Source of the DNA: Somniosus microcephalus
Lineage: Eukaryota
Assembly: GCA_052327205.1 (NCBI GenBank)
Contig: CM126206.1
Location: forward strand, 54,684,001 to 54,748,000
Direction: 5' to 3'
DNA length: 64,000 nt
Shown here: positions 1 to 11,980 of the stretch, in pieces
Position numbering within the stretch: position 1 is the first letter of the stretch
Layout: every line of letters starts with the position of its first letter
Made by a program: the position numbers and the translations under genes
The notes under the pieces: generated by a model
Databases searched by the model: none
Seen by the model: the letters and a program-made list of their open reading frames with translations, nothing else
Told to the model about the DNA's origin: nothing

Positions 1-290
1 TATAGACTGCAGCCTTGCTGAATATCCTTAGCCCAGACTATACAATCCATTGCCCACTCCCTTAAATATCTACCCAACTCTCCATTAAATTCATTTACAC
101 TATCTGCCTCCACTGCCTTCCCAGGTAGTCCATTCCAACTTTTCCACCTGCCTCTGTATAAAGTAGTTATATCTCAACTGTGCACCTTCTCTCTTCTTGA
201 GGCTATAGCCTGGTCTGTGGCAATCTCAAACATATTATTGAGGTTCCATTCATTTATTCCATTAAAGATCTTAAATAGTTGAATGATTTT
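1..290 (-). mobile_element. Degenerate CR1 LINE 3' fragment
   Basis: Diverged match to the CR1 ORF2 C-terminus/3' UTR seen in younger copies in this window. Confidence 0.5.
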
Positions 291-1176
291 TCCAGAATAA
301 ATGTGTTTTATCAGGGTGATAAATAGAATATAATCTGGGAAGGAACAACATTTTTGTTGCATTTATTATAAAATTCTAAGATATGGAGAGCAGAGAATAG
401 AATAGCAAGTAATATTTAAATATGTGTAGCTCAATACATATAAAAACATAACAAATATATTTTTTTTAAATTCCTGTTCCGGAGCAATAGCATTGGAGAT
501 CAAGAAAGAGGGCTTAAATATCTTGGTGCTGAGTGGTTTGTGTGAAATTAATTACTCAGACGCCCTGATCTGGACCAGTGGCAGTTGTTGCCAGTCTCTT
601 TTTTTTAATGAGAGCAAAAGGAATGAAAATTAATGTACTTCATGTGCTGGATCAATTTTGCATGCTCCCAATAATTGTTACACATAGGAGATTGCAAAAT
701 CTCAAATTTCCATGGAATCAAACAAATCCATTGACTTTGGCAAGTAGCATCTGTTAAAAATGAGACAGTGGTGTTTGGGTTTCCAAATTTTTAAAAATAT
801 ACTATTAGGCATCACAGACACAAATGGTGTACACCTTCAGGCGTGTGGGAAGAAATGTGATCTGCTGGGATATAGTGGCACAGAGGAACTGTAGTTCAGT
901 TTCCTTAATAAGCTCTTCTCTCTATTAGCCTGGAAATAGTTCCAGCAAGAAGTATTCTCTAGCATCCCACACAGTGCAAACCTGGAAAGCAGTGAGACAG
1001 CAAATCAGAACACCATGGCAGATCTTCGAACTCACAATGCTTCTGTCTGTTCCTGGATTAGTAGAACCACACATAACTCCACCAGAGTGATTGAATGAGA
1101 AGAGCAGGGTACGATAAGATTGTCTAATCAATTTGAAGTATGTGAAATTTGTTCTGTTAAAGGAGGAAAAAAAATA

Positions 1177-1515
1177 ACTTGCATTTCTATAACACCTCTC
1201 AGAAATTCACAAAGTGCTACACATCAAACTAATTGCTTTGAAGTGCAGTCACTGTTATTATGTGGGTTTTGCAGGCAACAAGGCCCATAAACATCAATGA
1301 GATGAATGCCCAGTTTAATTTTGGCATTATTGGTTGAGGGAACAATGTTGGCCAGACCCCAGAAAAACTCTCTGCTCATCTGTGAATAGTGCCATGGGGT
1401 CTTTAACATCCACCTTTAACATTTCATCCAAAGGATAGCAGCTCTGACAATGCTAAATTGAAATGTCAGCCCAGATTATGGGCTAAAGTTCTGGAAAGGG
1501 ACTTGAAACCACAAG
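1177..1515 (-). mobile_element. Degenerate DeuSINE-type SINE
   Basis: Diverged copy of the 7647-8090 element (aacttgcattt tail, aatagtgccatggg core, gggacttgaa B-box remnant). Confidence 0.65.
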
Positions 1516-1519
1516 GACA

Positions 1520-3290
1520 TGAATACAAGAGCCGAATGCCAGTGGATAGCAACTGCCCTAAATATCAAGGCAACATTCAACCGAGTATGGCACTAAGGAG
1601 ACTTAGCAAAACTGAGGTCAATGAGGGTCAAAGGGAAACCACTGCAGTACCTGGAGTTCCTTAGGGAAGCATTCTCAGCCCAATCATTCTGAATTGCTTC
1701 ATCAATGACCTACCCTCCAACATATCAGGAGTGGGCCGGCTTGCTCAAAATCAAAGGGCTAGATTTTCAGTATAGACAGTTTTGGGGCGCTAACCTTAGC
1801 GCCCGCCCGAAGTTAGCGCCCGCCCCAAAGTAGCGCCCCGTTGCCGGAAATTCAGTGGCTTCGCCCTAAGAGGTTGGTGGAGCGCTAAAAGAGGCGTTCC
1901 ACTACTATCTTTAGGCGCTAAGCCGGCGGCGCAGAGCGCAGCGCCCGAGCTCGGGCGCAGCGCACGGCAGACACTCTGGTGCCAGTGAGCTCTTAAAGGG
2001 GAAGGGTGCATGTGTTTGAGGATGAGGATGAGGATGAGGATGAGGAGGTGGTGGCCGGAAACATAAATACACCGTTCACAACAACACACTGGATCCTTCC
2101 ACACAACACATGCAGACTGCCGTTTATAGTGCAGGAGGAGTGCCCTTTAATTTGCGCTCCCCAGGGTGTGTTGCGTTCCATTTTACAAACGCTCTGGACG
2201 CCAGCCGCACAATGGGGCGGTCCGACTGAAGTTTGGATTCGGGGCGGCCAAAGGGCGTTGCACGAGGATGTGACGTCATTTTCTGCGCGCACATCCGGGC
2301 GGCCGCTAAACTTTGCGCCGGCGCTAACGGGCAACTTAATTTGGGGCGGGGCGCAAACTGCGCTGCGCCCGGGCGCTACACGAATAGCGCCCGAAAATCA
2401 CTTCTCTTAAGGCGCTAACTGCTGGCGCAAGCAACTGAAAATCTAGCCCTTAGTGTTTAGCTCCATTCACATATCTGCCAAAAATGCAGCCCATGCCAGC
2501 CTTCAGAGAACTTTGACAATATCCAGGTTTGGGCTGAGAAGTGGTAGGCAACATCTGTGCCACATAACTGCCAAATAATGTCCATCTCAAATAGGAGAAA
2601 GCCCAGCCATCTTCACCTGACCTTCAACAGCACCACCATCGCCGAGTTCCCCATAATCACTTGACCAGAAGCTCAACTGGACCAGCCATATGAACACCAT
2701 GGCCTCAAGAGCAGGGAAGAGACTAGGTACTGTGTAATATATGGCTTACCTCCTCCTGACCCCTCAAACCCACTCCACCAGCTAGAAGGCACAAGTTAGG
2801 TGTGCAATGAAATAATCACTACTTGCCTCGATGGCTACAACATAACACTGCTCACAAGTTCGAAGCCATTCAGACAGAGCAGTTCATTTCATTAGTACCC
2901 CGGTCAGTGGTCTCCACCCCCTCTATCACCGGTCCATTGCGGTTGCGGTATGTACAAGCTACAGGATGCACTGCAGAAATTCACCAAGGTTACTTAAACA
3001 GCACCTCCTTCCCTGCGACCTCTACCATCAAGAAGCAAAAGAGAAGCAACGCAGTAGAACACCATCACCTCTAAGTTCCCCTTCAAGTGACACAGCATTC
3101 CAACACGGACATACATGGCCATTGCTTTACTATTGCTGGATCCTGGAATTTCCTACTTAAAACCATTGTGGGAAAACTATCAGCACAAGGACTACAGCAG
3201 TTCAAGGCAGCCCACCACCACCACCTTCGGAGAGTAGGTGAGGATGGGCAATAAATGAGACCATGCCAGCATCACCCACCTGCCGAGAAC
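1520..3290 (+). mobile_element. Old CR1/L2-group LINE 3' part, interrupted by the MITE at 1756-2449
   Basis: GVP.GS/FINDLP-type RT remnants and the 3' end ggatgggcaataaatg shared with the 55320-60840 family. Confidence 0.7.
1756..2449. mobile_element. PIF/Harbinger-type MITE
   Basis: Perfect 16-bp TIRs GGGCTAGATTTTCAGT / ACTGAAAATCTAGCCC; CpG-rich subterminal TAGCGCC repeats; internal (GAGGAT)n; flanking triplets (AAA/TTA) do not match. Confidence 0.85.
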
Positions 3291-4231
3291 ACATTTTAAA
3301 AATCCACCACAATAGAGAGGGTAGTCCTGATGCAGTATGGAGATTGGCAGATGATTCAATCCCACTAAATTAAACTAAAATAGAATAAGGTAGCACCACA
3401 ATGAATCCAGGCAGGCAGATGGGTTCGAGGCAGAAGCATCTATGGTTACTGACTCCATAGCTTAGTGGTGAGAAATACTGGAGGCACTGCTTGATGCAGC
3501 CTAGAAGATCCTAATTGCGAGCATCTATGGAAAGGTAAAGTCTGTTGGGCAGGTAGGAGTACTAGCATGTTCAGACTCAGCAGCCTTGGGTCAGCCTTTA
3601 AGGACTCTTTTGGGTTGCTACAAAATGGTCTAGCCAAGCTATGAAAACTATACTCCCACCTGCTTTTGGAACAAAGGCACATGCAAGTGTGGTCAATGCT
3701 TTGAATGAAAAGCACTCACCTCCAAAAATTAAGTGGGAACAGCTGATCTGCAGGTGGAGAATAAAAATCAGACAGCCAGTGTGGCACCTCTCATTGAAGA
3801 AACAGAGTGGCCTGACACACTTCCAGCAGCCCTACTGTCTTCCTTCAATCGGGACCTGCAGTATTGCTGAGAACGAGGCAAATGTCAGAAGTGTCGAAGA
3901 TGCCTGCAGCGCTCCCTTTGTTATTTTGATTCTCCACCAGCAATCCACTGGTGGAGTTGGACACCAGTTGATTGTTTAGGTGATGAAGGCTTGTACAGTA
4001 TAGCAACTGAATTATAATTTTTTTTTTTACAAATTTCAAAAGGAAATCCTAGAGCAGTCTAGTAATTTTATTGCTACAGACCACTCCAGCTATTAAATTA
4101 AAAAAAACTGACTTCACACAAACACTGCATACATGAAACTATAGCAAGATCAATTTTGTTTTACAAACTGCAATTTAAAGTCAGGTCTTGCAGTCAGCAA
4201 TGAGAGATCATACTAATAACCTTACACTTAC

Positions 4232-4270
4232 ATGTATGCAGAATTAGGAAAATCATTCATTTTTCCTCAT
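4232..4270 (-). other. Candidate 39-nt cassette micro-exon (gamma-exon-like start, in-frame stop)
   Basis: cactAG|ATGAGGAAAAATGAATG...CATACAT|GTAAGT; starts (G)AT GAG GAA = DEE like CREM exon gamma; weak polypyrimidine tract. Confidence 0.35.
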
Positions 4271-4680
4271 CTAGTGCACAAGATCATATAATTCATAATG
4301 CACTTTTTGTTGGCTCCTAGAAAACAAATTGTGACTTGGGCTACAATACTTTAGAGAAAGAAACAGAATAACTTCCATGCAACTTACAAAAACTTGTGCT
4401 CACAGACTGAGAATGGCTGAGGTATTCTGAGAATTGTTCTCCCTCACTCATGGGAGCAGCTGTTAAGAGACTGTTGTGTTATAGTGACTCTCTCAGGTAT
4501 AATTTAAAAACAAAATCAAAACTATCAAAGTTCTAGAATCGGGCACACTCAACAATTACAACAGCCTTTATTTTCAAACCTCTAGTTATTCCAAACTGGG
4601 GTGACTAAGATTTATTGTTTCTAACATCTTGTTTGTTACTATGCAGGATTAAACATTTTCAATTGCATGTCTGACACATT

Positions 4681-5385
4681 GGTCCTGATATTTAAGGGGA
4701 GGCGAGGAGGGAGTGGGGGCATGTGTTTGCGGCCGGGAACATGAACGTCCTGTTGACTTTAACGGCCAAGACCTCATTATCATTTTGTTACTCCGTTTCC
4801 TGCCCAGCAGCTGGCCAGATTGAAAGGGTGGCCGGTTGCTGGGTGGGAAAGTCAGTGGTCGAAGGCTGCAGCCAGGGACCACTGGGGACAGTCCCCAGCA
4901 ATAGGAAAAGATTGTGGCATAGTGGGGGGGGGTGCGCAGAGTGCGACAGCGAGGAGGGAGGGAAAGATCGTGGCATAATAGTGGGGGTTGGCAGATCACG
5001 GTGAGGGAGGACAATCATGAGGGGGGTCAACAGGTCGTGCCAGAAGATTCGCCTGAGGGGCCGGGGGTAAACACTCCTGCTCCTCCTGGCCCACAAACAG
5101 TGCTCTAAAAAGCACTGACCTGCTGAATCTGCCAGCTCCCGCCTCCCTTTAGCCGCCGGGTTTCCTGAACTTTGGGAAATCTAGCCCACAGCTGTCAAGT
5201 TCAAATGGCTCCCAAAATCTGAGGAACGGGGCCTCATTAACATATTATAATGACGGATATGCCTCTCCAAAGCAGGTTACTCAGAGGCGCCCAAACCCAC
5301 CACGGTTAAATCGGAAGTAGGTGTGTTCGCAGCAGGTTGGGGCCTGGTTTCACACATTTACCAATTTAACGAAGTCCCCATGGCC
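4681..5385. mobile_element. GC-rich MITE-like repeat, ends unclear
   Basis: Abrupt GC-rich block in AT-rich DNA that resembles the other Harbinger-type MITEs; no clean TIR pair found. Confidence 0.4.
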
Positions 5386-5654
5386 CTGATTCTCTATCAC
5401 CTTTCTTCTAAAAATTCCCTCTTAGTTTATAGGATGTTTAGTAGTGTATTGATCAGCAAATTCAATTCACAACAAAAACACACCTTTATTTTCCAACAAA
5501 AAACATTTGATACAGTTTCCTGTTATCAATTAGATTTTTAAATCAGTTAGAATCAATTCAGAATTATAACTGGAGAAATGTTATATTACTTCGATTCAGA
5601 TATTCTTCAATTTTAATTTAATACAAAAGTAAAATTCACTTATGTCACCTTCTT

Positions 5655-6318
5655 CCACATCACGGAAGACCTCTCCTGGTCCCTCAACACCTCCTCTCTG
5701 GTGAAGAAGGCCCAGCAGCGCCTATATTTCCTAAGGAGGCTGAAGGGATGTAACCGGTCACCCCTGATCCTCTCTAACTTTTACCGCTGCACAATAGAGA
5801 GCATCCTGACAAACTGTATCACAGTATGGTATGGCAGCTGTAGCTACTATGACCGGAAAGCCCTGCAGCGGGTAGTCAAAACTGCCCAACGCATTACCGG
5901 CACCCGGCTACCGACCATAGAGCACATATACCAGAAACGCTGTCTACGGAGGTCACGGTCCATCATCAAAGACCCTACCCACCCCAGCCACAGTCTGTTC
6001 GCCCTCCTGCCATCTGGGAGACGCTACAGATGCATTCGCACCCGTACGACCAGATTTAGGAACAGCTTCTTTCCCAGGGCTGTCATCCTACTGGACTCCA
6101 CAAATAAACTCTAAAGCCTGCACATCTGCTAATGCACTTTATTATGGTTATGTTTATGTTAATGTATGTTGTATGTAATGTATGCAAGCCAAATGTATGT
6201 TGAATGTTTAAATGTCTTAATCTAAATGTACACTCTCGGGAGCCGCAAGCCTACATTTCGTTGTACTGCACTTGTGCACTAACAATGACAATAAAAGTTG
6301 ATTTGATTTGATTTGATT
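5655..6318 (+). mobile_element. Rex1/Babar LINE, 5'-truncated
   Basis: ORF 5701-6114 KKAQQRLYFLRRLK...ESILTNCITVWYG...LLPSGRRYR...RFRNSFFP; AATAAA followed by (GATTT)n tail. Confidence 0.9.
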
Positions 6319-7646
6319 CTTTGACTTAAATGACAAGAGTTCAACTTTTTATTTCTCTGTATGTTACCAAAGCTCATGTGTTTTTAAAAACACCTAGTTG
6401 GTCCAATAAAATCCATAAACATAGAACTTAACCACTTTTTTGCAAAATAAAATCGTGGTTTGCCTATAGACAATCATGCACAAAAAGGTGCTCTGCGTCC
6501 CTTACAGATCTGTGAATACAACAATTAAAGTACCTTTAAAATTTACTTTTCAAAACCACTAAATTCCTTATCCATTTATTCAACCTTTAAATGTGAAATA
6601 TTGGGATAAATATGCTACCCAGTTTTATTTACCTTTGCATCTTATGGATTTATTTTTGAAATGTGTCAGGCTTGGTCAGCTAATGGTAAAAATCCAAGGA
6701 AAAATAATATAACTATCAGTTTGCAATTGACTCATAATTTGGTCATGCGATATACAGGATACAAAATGATACTTCATGTTAGGTACATTTTCCCTTTCAA
6801 TCAGACTGAATGATGGCTTGTGTAAGTCTAATAATATGTTTTTAACTTTGCTTTTTGTTTAAGAGACAAAACTATAATATGGAAAGGATTTGTTAAAATC
6901 TCCTTGAAAAAGCCTGATTTTCCCTGTCAGGTTCACAAAAGGCCCTTCTCAAAACTGCTAAGAGAAGCTTTTGAAACACAATCTTATCACAGCATGGGTG
7001 CATAGATCAGAGGATTGTTTACATCACAGGATAGTTTTGGGGTAAATAAGTAAGAAGTAACAGTCTGATGTGAAAAGGGTACCAATGAGGCCTCTCATCT
7101 CTGTTTGGTAAACTATTTGGAACAAATGGGTAGTTGTAAAACATGAGGCAAGGGTTGCATTTGGCAGGAAGAGAATCATAAACCAAAAGGATACAATACA
7201 GATGCCATGTTTTACTTAGTTACAAAAAGGAAAGAAAGCTACATTGAAATCCCTGGGAGACTTGGAGAAGCCATCTTTACGATTTCTCATTAAATCTACG
7301 CGCAGTATGTTTTGGACGCAAGGCTAGTGTGTGCTATTGTGCATGGTTGCTTAGGGTGTTTAAGATTGATGTTTTGTTGGTTAGGGTGTTTCAGATGAAT
7401 GTTTTGTCGGTAATCCAAACATATTACTGTTTCCAGTTGTTGAACTTGTCAAAAGGGTAAGGAAGGAATTATCCAACAGCTTGTTCTCTGTAAGGGATTT
7501 AAATCTTGTATCTTTGCACCATGCATCACTGTAGTATCCATAATCAGATGTACAAATTTACATGTTTTAATATCAAAATATGGGTATTTACTGTTCAACA
7601 GTAAAGTTGAGGATGTAATGGACATAATCTAGATCATAGAATCATA

Positions 7647-8090
7647 AAAAGACTTGCATTTATATAGCGCCTTTCATGACCACCAGACGTCTCAAAGCGC
7701 TTTACAATCAATGAATTAGTCACTGTTGTAATGTGGGACACGCGGCAGCCAATTTGCGCACAGCAAGATCCCAGAAATGTGATAATGACCAGATAATCTG
7801 TTTTTGTTATGTTGGTTGAGGGATAAATATTGGCCAGGACACTGGGGATAACTCCACTACTCTTCTTTGAAATAGTGCCATGGGATCTTTTACGTCCACC
7901 TGAGAGAGCAGACGGGGCCTCGGTTTAACATCTCATCCGAAAGACGGCACCTCCAACAGTGCAGCACTCCCTCAGCACTGTACTGGAGTGTCAGCCCAGC
8001 TTTTTGTGCTCAAGTCCCGGGAGTGAGACTTGAACCCACAACCTTCTGACTCAGAGGTGAGTGTGCTACCAACTGAGCCACAGCTGACAC
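7647..8090 (-). mobile_element. tRNA-derived DeuSINE (SacSINE1-like), full length
   Basis: Minus-strand head TGGCTCAGTTGG (A box) and GGTTCAAGTC (B box), Deu core GGTGCCGTCTTTCGGATGAGA...GTAAAAGATCCCATGGCAC, L2-like tail GCGCTATATAAATGCAAG; sits in the tail of the adjacent CR1. Confidence 0.88.
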
Positions 8091-8525
8091 TTGCAGCACA
8101 GGAAGTCATTCGGCTCATCGTGCCTGTGCCGACTCTCTGAAAGAGCTACCAATATGGCCCACACCTCTGCTTTTTTCCCCCCATAGCCATGCACATTTTT
8201 CCCTTTTAAGTACCTATCAGATTCCCTTTTGAAAGTTACTACTGAATCTGCTTCCACCATCCTTTCAGGTAGTGTGTTCCAGATCAGCTGAGTTAAAAAA
8301 ATTCTCCTCATAGCTCCCCTGGCTTTTTTGCCAATTATTATAAATCGATGTCCTCTGGTTACCAACCCTCCTTGCCAGTGGAAACAGTTTCTCCCCATCT
8401 ATTCTATGAAAACCTCTCATAATTTTGAACATCTCTATTAAATCTCCCCTTAACTTTCTCTGCTTAAAAGGAGAACAATCCCAGCTTCTCTGGTCTCTCC
8501 AGATAACTGAAATCCCTCATCCCTC
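8091..8525 (-). mobile_element. CR1 LINE 3' fragment
   Basis: ORF 8066-8398 TRGHRF...WNTLPERMVEA...FKRE.D; (ATTCTATG)-type tail displaced to about 7635 by the SINE. Confidence 0.85.
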
Positions 8526-9203
8526 ATCTTTGATCCACACAAACCATTCTAAATTTCTGTCTAGCTATTTGTAAAAAATAGAGTTTTGGGGTTTTATCTG
8601 GTGCAAGAATGGCTCATTGAGGCCATGTCACCTTCTAATAATTGGATTGATCTGTGCCAATCATATGACTTACACCCCTATTACTCCTCCAGTGATCATG
8701 TGAACCATCTGCCCTGGGAAGGACTCAACTGGATTTCCTTTCTTCCAGTAATGGCTGCTGTTACCCCACACCTCTTCACATTTCTGCTCACGTTGAAATG
8801 TCAATGGCTGGGGACCACAGGTGCCCCTTTTGGGACCTTGGCCACGGGTCACAGTCTCCTTACTCAGCTACAGCAATCCACTACAAGCTGAAAAGGAGTG
8901 GGAAGTTGGTGTGCTTTTGCTTTCTGCAGCAGCTGGTTACCTTTTATCTTGGCATTTCAATCAAGCCCTCATTCCCAGCAAATACGGCAGCCCTCATCTC
9001 CTGCTCTCCTGACACAGGTCTATCCCAGTGGTCAGGATCTGTGGGGGCTGAGTGCGGCCAAGAAGGAGTAGAGAAAGTGGATCAATGGTCTCACTACATC
9101 CACTAGTGAATTACAGTAAATTGAGTGAAACCCTTTTTTGAACACAATAATAGCCATGACAGTGCCTTCGGAAGCCTTCTTTCACATTCGGCAACACAAA
9201 GGT

Positions 9204-9334
9204 AAATGACTCCAAGCACATCATAAATCTCTTTTTACAAAGTGTCTTTGGATATAGAGCCGAAACAGCAAATGACTCCAAGCACATCATAAATCTCTTT
9301 TTACAAAGTGTCTTAGGATATACAGCCGAAACAG
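9204..9334. repeat. Tandem duplication, 66-bp unit x2
   Basis: AAATGACTCCAAGCACATCATAAATCTC...GCCGAAACAG at 9204 and 9270, about 2 mismatches. Confidence 0.9.
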
Positions 9335-9864
9335 AATTCTCTCTGCTCAAATGCAAATGTTTCAGATGCGTCTCAGCGTGTTGACAATGCCTTCTCATGG
9401 ATGAGTAGGTATTTCTAATTGTTCACCACAACAATTCATAACTGAAAAGGTTTGTGTAGCCTAAAAAAGCAATGTTTTGATGCATTGATGCCCTGCACTA
9501 TTTTGTGGCAAGATATAGTACAGTGCCACTATTCTTCAGGGGTTCCAGATCAAAGCCCAACATGCGTAAAGAACAAAGGCATTTCCTCACATGGAGAGAA
9601 AAATCAACGGAAGGCATCTCTTCGTTTCCAGCTTCAAAGTATTATTGCAAAGGCCTGAATTAAAACTGTCTATATATTTTTCTCTCCTTGTATTGCATCA
9701 GGTAACAATGCATCAACAAGTCAGCTGAAATTCTCATGAAATTCTACAATAAGGCAAACCAATTGTAGGGAATAGGAATCCCTTGATCTGAAACTCAAAC
9801 TTCTAATTGGGAGTCAAGGAATTTTCCACTTTAAGATGCACTACAGCCCAAGTGCCATCATATC

Positions 9865-10128
9865 AACAGCAACAACAGCCTTTAACGCAGTGAAACGTCC
9901 CAAGGCGCTTCACAGGAGTCGTAGAAGACAGAAAATGTGACACCGAGCCACATAAGGAGAAATTAGGGCAGATGACGAGCTGGCACGGACTCGATGGGCC
10001 AAATGGCCTCCTTCTGTGCCGTTAGGACTATGACTTATGACTCTATCACCAAAAGCTTGGTTAAAGAGGTAAGTTTTAAGGAGCGTCTTAAAGGAGGAAA
10101 GAGAGGTACGGAGGCGGAGAGGTTTAGA
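9865..10128 (-). mobile_element. L2-type LINE 3' end with a small CR1 tail inserted (about 9977-10045, plus)
   Basis: aaacgtcccaaggcgcttcacagg...gacaccgagccacataagg shared with the copies at 22025 and 52076; insert reads gatgggccaaatggcctccttctgtg. Confidence 0.7.
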
Positions 10129-10611
10129 TCAGCAAAATAAAAAGGACTTCCCGGCACTATGATTCTCTCTCCCAAATAAAACCATGCAGGTTAGCAACCA
10201 TTAAAGTTGGCTGATGACCTATTCTCATTTATCAGCTACTCCTCTGGTCTGGACACTAGAAAGTGTGCAAGAGCAGTATGGGTCAATCTGATCTTTTTCT
10301 CTCCATGAAAATAACCCTTGACTAAATTTTAGTGCTCTTTTGTAAAAGGAACAGAATGTAGTTAAATTTCTAATCCAACAGTTTGTTGCAGTAACTGTAG
10401 TAAGTACCCATTATACCTTTTTTCCATTTTTTTTTCACATTCAAATCTTCTACCTAGTCTCATTTCATATTTAAAAAGGAATATAATTAAAGTGATCATC
10501 CATGATTTTTTCATTACTGTACACTGATTTTTTTTTTTACTAAATGTTAATTTTTTCCTTGCAGATTTTTAATGTTGATTAATTGTTCCCTTTGTTTTGC
10601 AGACATATTAA

Positions 10612-11980
10612 ACATAAGAACATAAAAAGTAGGAGCAGGAGTAGGCCATTCGTCCCTTCGAGCCTCCTCTACCATTCAATGAGATCATGGCTGATCTTCT
10701 GCCTCAACTCCATTCACCGGCCCTATCGCCATATCCCTTGATGCCCTTACTAGTCAGAAATCTATCGACTTCTGTTTTGAATATACCCAATGACTGAGCC
10801 TCCACAGCCCTCTGGGGTAGAGAATTCCAAAGATTCACCACCCACCCTCTGTGTGAAGAAATGTCTTCTCATCTCAGTCCTGAATGGCCTACCCTTTATC
10901 TTGAGGCTGTGGCCCCTGGTTCTAGACTCCCCAGCCAAGGGAAACATTCTCCCAGCATCCATCCTATCAAGCCCTGTAATAATTTTGTATGCTTCAATGA
11001 AATCCCCTCTCAGTCTTCTGAATTCAAGAGAATACAGGCCTAGTTTACTCAATCTCTTCTCATACAACAGTCCCACCATCCCAGGAATCAATCTCGTGAA
11101 CCGTCGCTGCACTCCCTCTATAGCAAGTATATCCTTCCTTAGGTAAGGAGACCAAAATTGTACACTGTACTCCAGGTGTGGTCTCACCAAGGTTCTATAT
11201 AATTGGAGTAAGACTTCTTTACTCCTGTACTCAAATCCTCTTGTAATGAAGGCCAGCATACCATTTGCCTTCCTAATGGCTTGCTGCACCTGCACATTCA
11301 CTTTCAGTGACTCATGTACAAGGACACCTAGGTCCCTTTGAGCATCTGTATTCCCCAATCTTTCACCATTTAGGAAATACTCTGCCTTTCTGTTTTTTCT
11401 ACCAAAGTGGATAACTTCACATTTATCCACATTATAATCCATCTGCCATGTTCTCGCCCACTCACTGAGCCTGTCGAGATCCCCTTAAAGCCTCTTCACA
11501 TCCTCTTCGCAACTGACACTGCCACCTAGCTTTGTATCATCAGCAAATTTGGAAATGTTACATTTAATCCCCTCATCCAAATGATTGATATAGATTGTGA
11601 ATAGCTGGGGCCCAAGCACCGATCCTTGCAGTACCCCACTAGTCACAGCCTGCCATCCTGAAAAAGACCCGTTTATCCCTACTCTTTATTTTCTGTCTGT
11701 TAACCAATTGTCAATCCATGCTAGTATATTACCCCCAATTCCATATGCCCTAATTTTGTTCACCAACCTCTTATGTGGGACCTTATCGAAGGCCTTCTGA
11801 AAATCCAAATACACCACATCTACCGGTTCCCCTTTGTCTACTCCACTAGTTACATCCTCAAAGAAGTCCAATAGGTTTGTTAAACAGGATTTCCCTTTCA
11901 TAAATCCATGTTGACTCTGCCCAATCTTACTATTAGTTTCTAAGTGCCCAGTTATTGCCTCCTTCATAATAGATTCCAGT
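10612..11980 (-). mobile_element. CR1 LINE, 5'-truncated (RT to 3' tail)
   Basis: ORFs 11686-11967 (QHGFMKGKSCLTNL, YLDFQKAFDKV) and 10762-11442; tail TTATGTTCTTATG. Confidence 0.95.

Noticed and set aside
880-910. agttcagtttcctt similarity to exon gamma
   Set aside because: No flanking splice sites in the right positions; short chance match.
2006-2410. ORF with acidic EDEDED run
   Set aside because: A (GAGGAT)n microsatellite inside a TIR-bounded MITE.
8010-8090. tRNA gene
   Set aside because: A/B boxes belong to the SINE head and run directly into the Deu core.
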